From: Eledone cirrhosa
Taxonomy: Eukaryota
Direction: 5' to 3'
Assembly (NCBI GenBank): GCA_964016885.1
Contig: CAXHJY010000023.1
Coordinates: 115,713 to 179,712 of the forward strand
Length of the DNA stretch: 64,000 nt
Shown here: positions 1 to 14,870 of the stretch, piece after piece
Layout of the letters: the number at the start of each line of letters is the position of its first letter
Numbering within the stretch: the stretch's first letter is position 1
Notes under the pieces: model-generated
What the model was told of the DNA's origin: nothing
Seen by the model: only the letters and a program-made list of their open reading frames with translations
Databases searched by the model: none
Position numbers and translations under genes: made by a program

Positions 1-3000
1 ACCGGTTCTTAGAGTCATACTGGTTTTTGAGGAAACACCTTTCCTCTATTCTCCAGAAAGCCAAACAAGGAATATTGGACTAGTTTCGATGTTGTTACAT
101 CTCATCAGCAATATTTACCTATCTTCCGGCTTCTCTAGAGAATCGTGAAAGCACATATCGTTATATGCTTTTTCTATGAAAATTAGTAGTGGGCAGACTA
201 ATTTGCATAGAGCGTGAGTACGTACCGGTTCAACGGAGACGATAAAAACAAATAACGAAACGAAATTAAATTTCGTTTCGTTTGTAACTCACTTTTGTAT
301 GACTGACGCTTAAACAATTAAGTTAAAAATGTACATCCACATATGTATACTGAAATACTAGTATGCATATGAATACACACACGTGTACATATGTAGATGT
401 ACCGAGTTTTCACTGGTCACTTTACTGTGAGTGTCCAGCTATTCTGTATGTAGACACACAGACAAACCGGTTCTTAGAGTCATACTGGTTTTTGAGGAAA
501 CACCTTTCCTCTATTCTCCAGAAAGCCAGACAAGGAATATTGGACTAGTTTCGATGTTGTTACATCTCATCAGCAATATTTACCTATCTTCCGGCTTCTC
601 TAGAGAATCGTGAAAGCACATATCGTTATATGCTTTTTCTATGAAAATTAGTAGTGGGCAGACCAATTTGCATAGAGCGTGAGTACGTACCGGTTCAACG
701 GAGTCGATAAAAACAAATAACGAAACGAAATTAAATTTCGTTTCGTTTGTAACTCACTTTTGTATGACTGACGCTTAAACAATTAAGTTAAAAATGTACA
801 TCCACATATGTATACTGAAATACTAGTATGCATATGAATACACACACGTGTACATATGTAGATGTACCGAGTTTTCACTGGTCACTTTACTGTGAGTGTC
901 CAGCTATTCTGTATGTAGACACACAGACAAACCGGTTCTTAGAGTCATACTGGTTTTTGAGGAAACACCTTTCCTCTATTCTCCAGAAAGCCAGACAAGG
1001 AATATTGGACTAGTTTCGATGTTGTTACATCTCATCAGCAATATTTACCTATCTTCCGGCTTCTCTAGAGAATCGTGAAAGCACATATCGTTATATGCTT
1101 TTTCTATGAAAATTAGTAGTAGGCAGACCAATTTGCATAGAGCGTGAGTACGTACCGGTTCAACGGAGACGATAAAAACAAATAACGAAACGAAATTAAA
1201 TTTCGTTTCGTTTGTAACTCACTTTTGTATGACTGACGCTTAAACAATTAAGTTAAAAATGTACATCCACATATGTATACTGAAATACTAGTATGCATAT
1301 GAATACACACACGTGTACATATGTAGATGTACCGAGTTTTCACTGGTCACTTTACTGTGAGTGTCCAGCTATTCTGTATGTAGACACACAGACAAACCGG
1401 TTCTTAGAGTCATACTGGTTTTTGAGGAAACACCTTTCCTCTATTCTCCAGAAAGCCAGACAAGGAATATTGGACTAGTTTCGATGTTGTTACATCTCAT
1501 CAGCAATATTTACCTATCTTCCGGCTTCTCTAGAGAATCGTGAAAGCACATATCGTTATATGCTTTTTCTATGAAAATTAGTAGTGGGCAGACCAATTTG
1601 CATAGAGCGTGAGTACGTACCGGTTCAACGGAGACGATAAAAACAAATAACGAAACGAAATTAAATTTCGTTTCGTTTGTAACTCACTTTTGTATGACTG
1701 ACGCTTAAACAATTAAGTTAAAAATGTACATCCACATATGTATACTGAAATACTAGTATGCATATGAATACACACACGTGTACATATGTAGATGTACCGA
1801 GTTTTCACTGGTCACTTTACTGTGAGTGTCCAGCTATTCTGTATGTAGACACACAGACAAACCGGTTCTTAGAGTCATACTGGTTTTTGAGGAAACACCT
1901 TTCCTCTATTCTCCAGAAAGCCAGACAAGGAATATTGGACTAGTTTCGATCTTGTTACATCTCATCAGCAATATTTACCTATCTTCCGGCTTCTCTAGAG
2001 AATCGTGAAAGCACATATCGTTATATGCTTTTTCTATGAAAATTAGTAGTGGGCAGACTAATTTGCATAGAGCGTGAGTACGTACCGGTTCAACGGAGAC
2101 GATAAAAACAAATAACGAAACGAAATTAAATTTCGTTTCGTTTGTAACTCACTTTTGTATGACTGACGCTTAAACAATTAAGTTAAAAATGTACATCCAC
2201 ATATGTATACTGAAATACTAGTATGCATATGAATACACACACGTGTACATATGTAGATGTACCGAGTTTTCACTGGTCACTTTACTGTGAGTGTCCAGCT
2301 ATTCTGTATGTAGACACACAGACAAACCGGTTCTTAGAGTCATACTGGTTTTTGAGGAAACACCTTTCCTCTATTCACCAGAAAGCCAGACAAGGAATAT
2401 TGGACTAGTTTCGATGTTGTTACATCTCATCAGCAATATTTACCTATCTTCCGGCTTCTCTAGAGAATCGTGAAAGCACATATCGTTATATGCTTTTTCT
2501 ATGAAAATTAGTAGTGGGCAGACCAATTTGCATAGAGCGTGAGTACGTACCGGTTCAACGGAGACGATAAAAACAAATAACGAAACGAAATTAAATTTCG
2601 TTTCGTTTGTAACTCACTTTTGTATGACTGACGCTTAAACAATTAAGTTAAAAATGTACATCCACATATGTATACTGAAATACTAGTATGCATATGAATA
2701 CACACACGTGTACATATGTAGATGTACCGAGTTTTCACTGGTCACTTTACTGTGAGTGTCCAGCTATTCTGTATGTAGACACACAGACAAACCGGTTCTT
2801 AGAGTCATACTGGTTTTTGAGGAAACACCTTTCCTCTATTCTCCAGAAAGCCAGACAAGGAATATTGGACTAGTTTCGATGTTGTTACATCTCATCAGCA
2901 ATATTTACCTATCTTCCGGCTTCTCTAGAGAATCGTGAAAGCACATATCGTTATATGCTTTTTCTATGAAAATTAGTAGTGGGCAGACCAATTTGCATAG

Positions 3001-3956
3001 AGCGTGAGTACGTACCGGTTCAACGGAGACGATAAAAACAAATAACGAAACGAAATTAAATTTCGTTTCGTTTGTAACTCACTTTTGTATGACTGACGCT
3101 TAAACAATTAAGTTAAAAATGTACATCCACATATGTATACTGAAATACTAGTATGCATATGAATACACACACGTGTACATATGTAGATGTACCGAGTTTT
3201 CACTGGTCACTTTACTGTGAGTGTCCAGCTATTCTGTATGTAGACACACAGACAAACCGGTTCTTAGAGTCATACTGGTTTTTGAGGAAACACCTTTCCT
3301 CTATTCTCCAGAAAGCCAGACAAGGAATATTGGACTAGTTTCGATGTTGTTACATCTCATCAGCAATATTTACCTATCTTCCGGCTTCTCTAGAGAATCG
3401 TGAAAGCACATATCGTTATATGCTTTTTCTATGAAAATTAGTAGTGGGCAGACCAATTTGCATAGAGCGTGAGTACGTACCGGTTCAACGGAGACGATAA
3501 AAACAAATAACGAAACGAAATTAAATTTCGTTTCGTTTGTAACTCACTTTTGTATGACTGACGCTTAAACAATTAAGTTAAAAATGTACATCCACATATG
3601 TATACTGAAATACTAGTATGCATATGAATACACACACGTGTACATATGTAGATGTACCGAGTTTTCACTGGTCACTTTACTGTGAGTGTCCAGCTATTCT
3701 GTATGTAGACACACAGACAAACCGGTTCTTAGAGTCATACTGGTTTTTGAGGAAACACCTTTCCTCTATTCTCCAGAAAGCCAGACAAGGAATATTGGAC
3801 TAGTTTCGATGTTGTTACATCTCATCAGCAATATTTACCTATCTTCCGGCTTCTCTAGAGAATCGTGAAAGCACATATCGTTATATGCTTTTTCTATGAA
3901 AATTAGTAGTGGGCAGACCAATTTGCATAGAGCGTGAGTACGTACCGGTTCAACGG
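1..3956 (-). repeat. 465-bp tandem array (~8.5 units, continues off the left edge), one hammerhead per unit; retrozyme/Penelope pLTR-like family A
   Basis: Identical ORFs recur at 363, 828, 1293 ... 3618 (period 465). Only scattered SNPs between units. Each unit has AATATTG-CTGATGA-GATGT-AACA-ACATC-GAAA-CTAG-TC-CAATATT on the minus strand. Confidence 0.92.
71..115 (-). ncRNA. Minimal type I hammerhead ribozyme (family A); repeated at 536, 1001, 1466, 1931, 2396, 2861, 3326 and 3791
   Basis: Stem I AATATTG/CAATATT, core CUGAUGA, stem II GATGT/ACATC, GAAA, palindromic mini stem III (ACTAGT), GUC cleavage triplet. The copy at 1931 has a stem II mismatch (position 1951). Confidence 0.88.
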
Positions 3957-4663
3957 TCGAAACTAGTCCAATATTCCTTGTCTGGCTTTCTGGAGAATAG
4001 AGGAAAGGTGTTTCCTCAAAAACCAGTATGACTCTAAGAACCGGTTTGTCTGTGTGTCTACATACAGAATAGCTGGACACTCACAGTAAAGTGACCAGTG
4101 AAAACTCGGTACATCTACATATGTACACGTGTGTGTATTCATATGCATACTAGTATTTCAGTATACATATGTGGATGTACATTTTTAACTTAATTGTTTA
4201 AGCGTCAGTCATACAAAAGTGAGTTACAAACGAAACGAAATTTAATTTCGTTTCGTTATTTGTTTTTATCGTCTCCGTTGAACCGGTACGTACTCACGCT
4301 CTATGCAAATTGGTCTGCCCACTACTAATTTTCATAGAAAAAGCATATAACGATATGTGCTTTCACGATTCTCTAGAGAAGCCGGAAGATAGGTAAATAT
4401 TGCTGATGAGATGTAACAACATCGAAACTAGTCCAATATTCCTTGTCTGGCTTTCTGGAGAATAGAGGAAAGGTGTTTCCTCAAAAACCAGTATGACTCT
4501 AAGAACCGGTTTGTCTGTGTGTCTACATACAGAATAGCTGGACACTCACAGTAAAGTGACCAGTGAAAACTCGGTACATCTACATATGTACACGTGTGTG
4601 TATTCATATGCATACTAGTATTTCAGTATACATATGTGGATGTACATTTTTAACTTAATTGTT
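3957..4663 (+). repeat. Inverted ~1.5 units of the 465-bp repeat (fold-back end of the array)
   Basis: Reverse complement of ~3103-3809. Junction caacgg|tcgaaactagtcc. Ends at taacttaattgtt, abutting a (TA)n tract. Confidence 0.93.
4396..4440 (+). ncRNA. Minimal type I hammerhead ribozyme (family A), predicted cleavage after 4433
   Basis: aatattg CTGATGA gatgt aaca acatc GAAA ctag TC caatatt read directly on the + strand. Confidence 0.88.
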
Positions 4664-5155
<492 letters not shown>

Positions 5156-5279
5156 TAGGAGGTGAGTTTTATTGTAGTACAATAAAGCAATGCAGATATC
5201 GGATAAGAAGCACTCTACAATTTGTAGGACTGGAGAATACATAATATAAGATCAAAAGATGGTTAAAGGAGTTCCATGT

Positions 5280-5348
5280 ATTTTATTATGCGCATTTCAA
5301 AAACAAACATCATCATGCAATAATATTTGTGTTTTCATCAGATAAAAC
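5280..5348 (-). ncRNA. Type I hammerhead ribozyme, family B (left arm)
   Basis: Reverse complement of the 5473-5541 motif. Confidence 0.72.
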
Positions 5349-5472
5349 AGGAGAACATGATATGAAGGCTAAAAAACACATGTGGATAGTGCAGTTGATA
5401 GTGCAGATAGATATGTTGATTTAAAACTGCACTATCCACAAGTGTTTTTTAGCCTTCATATCATGTTCTCCT

Positions 5473-5541
5473 GTTTTATCTGATGAAAACACAAATATTA
5501 TTGCATGATGATGTTTGTTTTTGAAATGCGCATAATAAAAT
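5473..5541 (+). ncRNA. Type I hammerhead ribozyme, family B (right arm)
   Basis: ttttat CTGATGA [long stem II aaacacaaatattat...atgatgtttgtttt] GAAA tgcgca TA ataaaa. Palindromic stem III, AUA triplet. Confidence 0.75.
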
Positions 5542-6294
5542 ACATGGAACTCCTTTAACCATCTTTTTATCTTATATTATACATATATATATATATTTAT
5601 ATAAACATATATATATATATATATAAACATATATATACATATATTTATATAAACATATATATATAGAAACATATATATATATATAAACATATATATATAT
5701 ATATATATACATATATATACATACATATATACACACATTAATTAACACGTTGATATTTGTCTGTATTATTCCGGGCGAATTGAAAAAGAAAGATAGCCAA
5801 AATATCTAAAACGAGCGGTCAATATAAATGACATTTTATTACACGGATTCTACAAAACCGACAACAAGAACAATACTAACAACATGCAGCAACAATATCA
5901 ACAACAAACGAAACAAACAACGAAACAACAACAATAAAACATCAAGTACAAGAATTTCAAAAACATCAACAACAAAACCGCCGTTGTGCAACACAAACAA
6001 CAACAACAACAATACTGAAAGCGACAACCTAGAAAGAAAAATATAATAACAACAACTACTAAACAAACAAATATTGAAACTATAACAAAATCAAACGAAA
6101 AATCGAAATCGACGAGAAAGAGAATGTTAAAATTATTAAGAAATGTCTAAATAAAAGAAATAATGAAAAAGAAGACAATGTTCCGATCAAAATGTCAGAC
6201 GAGACGTGAACAGATTAAGAAGCTTAGTGGGTCTTAATTTGTTGTATGGCTTAAGTGGGGAGGGCTTAAGGGTGGAGAGAATGGTGTGTTTATA

Positions 6295-7000
6295 AGAGAG
6301 AGAGAAAGAGAAAGAGAAGGGAGAGAGAGGGAGAGTGAGAGATTTGTGAGAGGGAGCGAGAGAGAGTTGTGAGAGGGAGAGCAAGAGCTGTGAAAGGGAA
6401 CGAGAGAGATTTGTGAGAGGGAGAGAGTTGAGAGATTTGTGAGAGGGAGAGAGTTGAGAGGGAGCGAGAGAGATTTATGAGAGGGAGAGAGTTGTGAGAG
6501 GGAGTGAGAGAGATATGTAAGAAGGAGAGAGTTGTGAGAGGGAGTGAGAGAGATGTGTGTAAGGGAGAGAGCTGTGAGAGGTAGTGAGAGAGATGTGTAA
6601 GAAGGAGAGAGTTGTGAGGGGGAGTGGGAGAGAGTTGTGAGAGGGAGTGAGAGAGATTTATGAGAGCGAGAGAGCTGTGAGAGGGAGTGAGAGAGATTTG
6701 TGAGAGGGAGAGAGCTGAGAGAGATTTGTGAGAGGGAGAGAGCTGTGAGAGGGAGAGAGCTGTGAGAGGGAGAGAGCTGTGAGAGGGAGAGAGCTGTGGG
6801 ATGGAGCGAGAGAGAGTTATGAGAGGGTGTGAGAGAGATTTGTAAGAGGGAGAGAGTTGTAAGAGAGAGAGAGAGACATTTATGAGAGGAAGAGAGCTGT
6901 GAGAGGGAGAGAGAGAGATTTATGAGAGGGAGAGAGTTGGGAGAGGGAGTGAGAGAGATTTATGAGAGGGAGAGAGTTGTGAGAGGGAGTGAAAGAGATC
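6295..7000. repeat. GA-rich degenerate satellite (gagagggagagagttgt-like)
   Basis: Purine-rich repeated motifs. Confidence 0.85.
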
Positions 7001-7213
7001 TGTCCGACGCCAAAAACAAGATGGCGTAGGACAGAACAAAGGAGAGGCACAAAACAAAGAGAAAAATCCCCAGTCACTGAAAAGGTCACAGGATGTGTCA
7101 CGAAAGAACTTTGACAATATATGAACAACCGTCTGGTTGTGGAACCAACTAACCAAACGGAAATTTATAAATTTATGAATTTAATTTATAATAAGTATTG
7201 GTAACATCTACAT

Positions 7214-7400
7214 CTCAGGCGGGTAAAATTCCCCGAGATCCATGGACGAGTTCTCTCAAGCGGTCTCTGTCCCTCATTATCGTTGCTATCTCCTGCGTCT
7301 CCAACAGACCAGTGTCTATCCTTAGGGCATCAACATACGTTAACCTTGGTCTTCCTCTTCTAGCGTGTCCATGTAGGGGCTCCCACCATGACCATCCGAA
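7214..7400 (-). mobile_element. 3' fragment of an RTE-clade LINE ORF
   Basis: My minus-strand translation WEPLHGHARRGRPRLTYVDALRIDTG...IMRDRDRLR* fits the typical RTE C-terminus (W.P..G.R.RGRP..TY.D...DTG...M.DR). Confidence 0.6.
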
Positions 7401-7602
7401 AGTATAACAATATCGGTTTCAACACATGTTTTCGGATAAATAATCTTGCTAAACAAGTTCAGAAACGATATATATATATATATATATTGTTATGCTTTGG
7501 GAGGGTCATGTTGCCAATAAGAAACACGCGTACCAGTTGCTTTCACTTCAATTTATTATAATACATTTATAAATTTAGGAATTTATAAATTTCCGGTTGG
7601 TT

Positions 7603-7644
<42 letters not shown>

Positions 7645-7649
<5 letters not shown>

Positions 7650-8029
7650 GCACACATATATATATGTACGTATGGATTCACCGAACATTTATTATAATGC
7701 TCGGCGTGTTTGTAAACAAACATCCCTTATTAAGCCGTAGTGTCCAGCAACCATCGTTGCTCGTTTGTTCAACACTGACAAAGGAACGCTGTACTAGTTT
7801 CAAGCTTATTAGGTATCGTCAGCAACGTATACCTTCCTGCCAGATTGTTGAACGTATATACTTACATTATGCACATTAACGGCTGAGTAGCTCAATTTGC
7901 ATATCGAGTGGATTAATCGGCCGGGTGCACCGAAAACGATAAACGCAAAAAATGAAACCAAATTTCATTTCCCACACCTAACCGATTAACCCCCGATTAA
8001 CCCACTCGATATGCAAATTGGGCTACTCA
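7645..8029 (-). mobile_element. Diverged family A relative with hammerhead and terminal fold-back (arms 7884-7920 and 7993-8029)
   Basis: Blocks collinear with the 465-bp unit: agtgtccagc, gacaa-ggaa, actagtttc, caatttgcata, acgataaa, aaatttc. Confidence 0.7.
7783..7833 (-). ncRNA. Hammerhead ribozyme, diverged family A
   Basis: ggtatacgttg CTGACGA tacctaataagctt GAAA ctag TA cagcgttcc. Stem I covaries relative to family A; stem II is weak. Confidence 0.7.
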
Positions 8030-8096
8030 AATTGGGCTAATATATACGATTTATTAACAAATGGAAACTATATTTATAAAACCATATTTATGTCAT

Positions 8097-8151
8097 TATA
8101 CTAATTTCAAGGACACCAAGTTAAATTATGGCGTGCTTTCATTAGATAAAA
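8097..8151 (-). ncRNA. Degenerate hammerhead relic, family C
   Basis: ttttat CTAATGA aagcacgcca...tggtgtcctt GAAA ttag ta. Core G5 is mutated. Flanks are homologous to 37250-37370. Confidence 0.45.
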
Positions 8152-8234
8152 TATAATATAGACCAGTTTTATAAATAAATATTCACCATACCCTTAAAGA
8201 ATGCCAGTATTTCTGTTGGAAACTCTCGGATATA

Positions 8235-8267
8235 TACTTATATATATATATGTATAAATATATACAC

Positions 8268-8337
<70 letters not shown>

Positions 8338-8449
8338 ATACATATATATATATATATGTATACATATATATATATATATATGTATAAATATATACACATA
8401 TATATATACATATATATATATATATATGTATACATATATATATATGTAT

Positions 8450-8485
<36 letters not shown>

Positions 8486-8567
8486 AAATATATACACACA
8501 TATATATGTATACATATATATATATATATATATATATATGTATAAATATATACACACATATATATGT

Positions 8568-8605
<38 letters not shown>

Positions 8606-8661
8606 AAATATATACACACATATATATGTATACATATATATATATATATATATATATATGT

Positions 8662-8698
<37 letters not shown>

Positions 8699-8717
8699 TA
8701 TACACATATATATATAC

Positions 8718-8753
<36 letters not shown>

Positions 8754-8769
8754 GTATAAATATATACAC

Positions 8770-8813
<44 letters not shown>

Positions 8814-8825
8814 AAATATATACAC

Positions 8826-8862
<37 letters not shown>

Positions 8863-8911
8863 TGTATAAATATATACACATATATATATACATATATATA
8901 GGTATATATGT

Positions 8912-8947
<36 letters not shown>

Positions 8948-9005
8948 AAATATATACACATATATATATACATATATATATATATATATGTATAAATATA
9001 TACAC

Positions 9006-9039
<34 letters not shown>

Positions 9040-9055
9040 GTATAAATATATACAC

Positions 9056-9095
<40 letters not shown>

Positions 9096-9101
9096 ATATA
9101 T

Positions 9102-9139
<38 letters not shown>

Positions 9140-9151
9140 AAATATATACAC

Positions 9152-9182
<31 letters not shown>

Positions 9183-9225
9183 AATATATACACATATATA
9201 TATATATTTTTTTTACTATATACAC

Positions 9226-9274
<49 letters not shown>

Positions 9275-9277
9275 CAC

Positions 9278-9311
<34 letters not shown>

Positions 9312-9623
9312 GTATAAATATGTACACATATATATATACATATATATATATATATATGTATAAATATATACACATATATATATACATATATATATATATA
9401 TGTATATATATAAATATATACACATATATATATACATATATATATATATACGTTATTCCGGGTTGAATCGGAGGTAACCGCAGTAAGTAAGGTACTCAAT
9501 ACATAGCAGAGTATAACAGTTTTAATCTCATCTATATTAAAACATATATATATATATATATATATGTATAAATATATACATATATATATACATATATATA
9601 TATATATGTATAAATATATACAC

Positions 9624-9667
<44 letters not shown>

Positions 9668-10191
9668 AAATATATACACATATATATATACATATATATG
9701 TAGAAATATATACATAAATATATACACATATATATATACATATATATGTATAAATATATACACATATATATATACATATATATATACATATATATATATA
9801 CATATATATATACATATATATATACATATATATATATACATATATATATATACATATATATATACATATATATATACATATATATATATACATATATATA
9901 TACATATATATATACATATATATATATACATATATATATATACATATATATATACATATATATACATATATATATACATATATATATATACATATATATA
10001 TACATATATATATATACATATATATATACATATATATATACATATATATATATACATATATATATACATATATATATATATATACATATATATATACATA
10101 TATATATACATATATATGTATAAATATATACACATATATGTATAAATATATACACATATATATATAAATATATACACATATATATATATAC

Positions 10192-10222
<31 letters not shown>

Positions 10223-10243
10223 CACACATATATATATATACAC

Positions 10244-10274
<31 letters not shown>

Positions 10275-10503
10275 AATACACATATATATATATATATATA
10301 TACACATATATATACACATATACACATATATATATACACATATATATATATATATATATACATATATATATACATATATATATAAATATATACACATATA
10401 TATATACATATATATATAAATATATACATATATATATATACATATATATATATGTATAAATATATACACATATATATATATACATATATATAAATATATA
10501 CAC

Positions 10504-10536
<33 letters not shown>

Positions 10537-10751
10537 AATATATACATATATATATAAATATATACATATAAATATATACATTTATATATATAAATATATA
10601 CATATATATATATATAAATATATACATATATATATATATAAATATATACATATATATATATATAAATATATGTGTAAATATATATATATAAATATATACA
10701 TATATATATATATAAATATATACATATATATATATATATAAATATATACAC

Positions 10752-10789
<38 letters not shown>

Positions 10790-10983
10790 ATATATATAAA
10801 TATATACACATATATATATACATATATATATAAATATATACACATATATATATACATATATATATATATATACATATATATATACATATATATATATATA
10901 TAAATATATACACATATATATATACATATATATATATATACATATATATATACATATATATATATATATAAATATATACACAC

Positions 10984-11016
<33 letters not shown>

Positions 11017-11097
11017 AATATATACATATATATAAATATATACATATATATAAATATATACATATATATAAATATATACATATATATATACATATAC

Positions 11098-11129
<32 letters not shown>

Positions 11130-12507
11130 GAATATATACACATATATATATATATAAATATATACACATATATATATATAAATATATACACATATATATA
11201 TATATATATAAATATATACACATATATATATACACATATATATATATACTTTATATATATATATATATATATATATACTTATATATATATATACTTATAT
11301 ATATATATAAGTATATATATACACATATATGTACTTATATATATATATACTTATATATATATATAAGTATATATATACACATATATATATAAATATATAT
11401 ATATACATATATATATACATATATATACATATATAAATATATACACATATATATATATGCATATATAAATATATACACATATATAAATATATACACATAT
11501 ATATATACATATATAAATATATACACATATATAAATATATACACATATATATATATATATATAAATATATACACATATATATATACATATATAAATATAT
11601 ACACATATAAATATATACACATATATATATACATATATAAATATATACACATATATATATACATATATAAATATATACACATATATATATACATATATAT
11701 ATACATATATATATACATATATAAATATATACACATATATATATATACATATATATATACATATACATATATATATATACACACATATATATACACATAT
11801 ATATACACATATATATATACATATATATATATACACATATATATATACACATATATATATACACATATATATACATATATATATATATACACATATATAT
11901 ACACATATATAAACACATATATATACACGTATATATACACATATATATATACACACACACATATATATATACATATATACATATATTTATAAATATATAT
12001 ATATAAATATATACATATATACATATATATATACATATATACACATATATATAAATATATATATATAAATATATACATATATATATATATACATATATAT
12101 ATACATATATACACATATATATATACATATATTTATAAATATATATATATAAATATATACATATATATATACATATATTTATAAATATATACATATATAT
12201 ATACATATATTTATAAATATATATATATAAATATATACATATATATATACATATATACATATATATATACATATATACATATATATATACATATATTTAT
12301 AAATATATATATACATATAAATATATACATATATACATATAAATATATACATATTATATATACATATATACATATAAATATATACATATATATACATATA
12401 TATATATACATATATTTATAAATATATATATATATATAAATATATACATATATATATACATATATACATATATATATACATATATACATATATATACATA
12501 TATATAC

Positions 12508-12540
<33 letters not shown>

Positions 12541-12910
12541 CATATATATACATATATTTATAAATATATACATATATATATACATATATATATAAAAATA
12601 TATACATATATATACATATATATATATAAAAATATATACATATATATATACATATATATATAAAAATATATACATATATATATACATACATATATATAAA
12701 TATATACATATATATATACATACATATACATATATATACATATATATATACATACATATATATATACACATATATATATACATACATATATATATACATA
12801 TATACATATATATATACATATATACATATATATATACATACATATATATATACATATATATATACATATATATATATATACATACATATATACATATATA
12901 TATACATACA
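8235..12910. repeat. ~4.7-kb TA-rich compound microsatellite (unique 90-bp island at 9451-9543)
   Basis: TATATA/TACA/TAAA variants; the long YI-repeat ORFs are artefacts. Confidence 0.95.
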
Positions 12911-13203
12911 TAAAAACAAATAACGAAACGAAATTAAATTTCGTTTCGTTTGTAACTCACTTTTGTATGACTGACGCTTAAACAATTAAGTTAAAAATGT
13001 ACATCCACATATGTATACTGAAATACTAATATGCATATGAATACACACACGTGTACATATGTAGATGTACCGAGTTTTTAACTGGACACTTTACTGTGAG
13101 TGTCCAGCTATTCTGTATGTAAACACACAGACAAACCGGTTTTTAGAGTCATACTGGTTTTCGAGGAAACACCTTTCCTCTATTCACCAGAAAGCCAGAC
13201 AGG

Positions 13204-13248
13204 AATATTGGACTAGTTTCGATGTTGTTACATCTCATCAGCAATATT
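13204..13248 (-). ncRNA. Hammerhead ribozyme, family A
   Basis: Identical to the array motif. Confidence 0.85.
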
Positions 13249-13413
13249 TACCTATCTTCCGGCCTTTCTAGAGAATCGTAAAAGCACATATCGTTATATG
13301 CTTTTTCTATGAAAATTGCCCACTACTAATTTTCTGCCACTACTAATTTTCATAGAAAAAGCATATAACGATATGTGCTTTTACGATTCTCTAGAAAGGC
13401 CGGAAGATAGGTA

Positions 13414-13458
13414 AATATTGCTGATGAGATGTAACAACATCGAAACTAGTCCAATATT
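13414..13458 (+). ncRNA. Hammerhead ribozyme, family A
   Basis: aatattg CTGATGA gatgtaacaacatc GAAA ctag TC caatatt. Confidence 0.85.
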
Positions 13459-13707
13459 CCTGTCTGGCTTTCTGGAGAATAGAGGAAAGGTGTTTCCTCG
13501 AAAACCAGTATGACTCTAAAAACCGGTTTGTCTGTGTGTTTACATACAGAATAGCTGGACACTCACAGTAAAGTGTTCAGTGAAAAACTCGGTACATCTA
13601 CATATGTACACGTGTGTGTATTCATATGCATACTAGTATTTCAGTATACATATGTGGATGTACATTTTTAACTTAATTGTTTATACATACATATATATAT
13701 ACATACA

Positions 13708-13771
<64 letters not shown>

Positions 13772-14685
13772 CATATATATATATACATACATATATACAT
13801 ATATATATACATACATATATATATACATATATATATACATACATATATATATACATACATATATATATGTATATATATATACTTATATACATATATATAT
13901 GTATATATATATACATATATACATATATATATGTATATATATATATACATATATATGTACATATATATATATATCTAAGTATGTATATAGCCATGCTTAC
14001 TAACATATATATATATTTACACCCACCCAAATACATATGCACACTGATAAATACATTCATACACAAAAGTGTTTTTCTCTTTCTCTATACAGTACACATA
14101 TTCAGCCTGTCTTTTTTTCCTCAAGATTCTCTTTATCTTCTCTCCCTTCCATTTATATTCTCTTAATTTCTTCTTTTTAAATTTTTTCTCTTCATTTTAT
14201 TTTATTTTATTCCATATTTTTATTTATTTTTTTTACATCAAATCTAACGATGTCTGAAAAATCAACTATTGGCTTTATTCAATAGATCTACGACAGCGAA
14301 TCGTATTTTCCATCGACACAGATACACAATGTAATATATGTCTATAGACGTTTATTTACTGACTTCAATTACTTCTGCTACGAAGGCGGCCATTTTATTT
14401 TCTTATTTGTTTTAGCTTTTTCCTCTATCTTTACATTCATTATTTAGTTATTTTATAATATTTTTGTACATTTGTTTGTTTTTATGTTGTTTTTTTAAAG
14501 GAGGAGGGTTTGAAATTTGTTCTTCATATTTTTAATCAATTCCTTTTCGTCTACGTTATAGTTTTATATTATATATATGTTGTTATATATTTTCATTGGT
14601 TTTCGATTTGCCTTCTCTGCGTGTTTGTTTGTTTTTGTTTTTTTGTTTTTTCGTCAATATCACTATTTGCTGAAGCCCCCCCGCC

Positions 14686-14748
<63 letters not shown>

Positions 14749-14817
14749 TATGTGTGTGTGTGTACATATGGATATATAATATACAAACACACACACACAC
14801 ATACATATGCACACACA

Positions 14818-14870
<53 letters not shown>

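Larger units (their letters stand above)
12911..13683. mobile_element. Fold-back copy of family A (arms 12911-13317 and ~13337-13683)
   Basis: Slightly diverged 465-bp unit followed by its reverse complement. Short duplicated junction gcccactactaattttc. Same right terminus as 4663. Confidence 0.9.

Noticed and set aside
363-613. Repeated 60-61-aa ORFs in the 465-bp unit
   Set aside because: No recognisable domain, and they are frameshifted in the 13-kb copy. The conserved feature is the antisense hammerhead.
8183-12985. Very long YI/IY-repeat ORFs (also at 32-33, 52-54 and 60-64 kb)
   Set aside because: Translations of stop-free (TA)n microsatellites.
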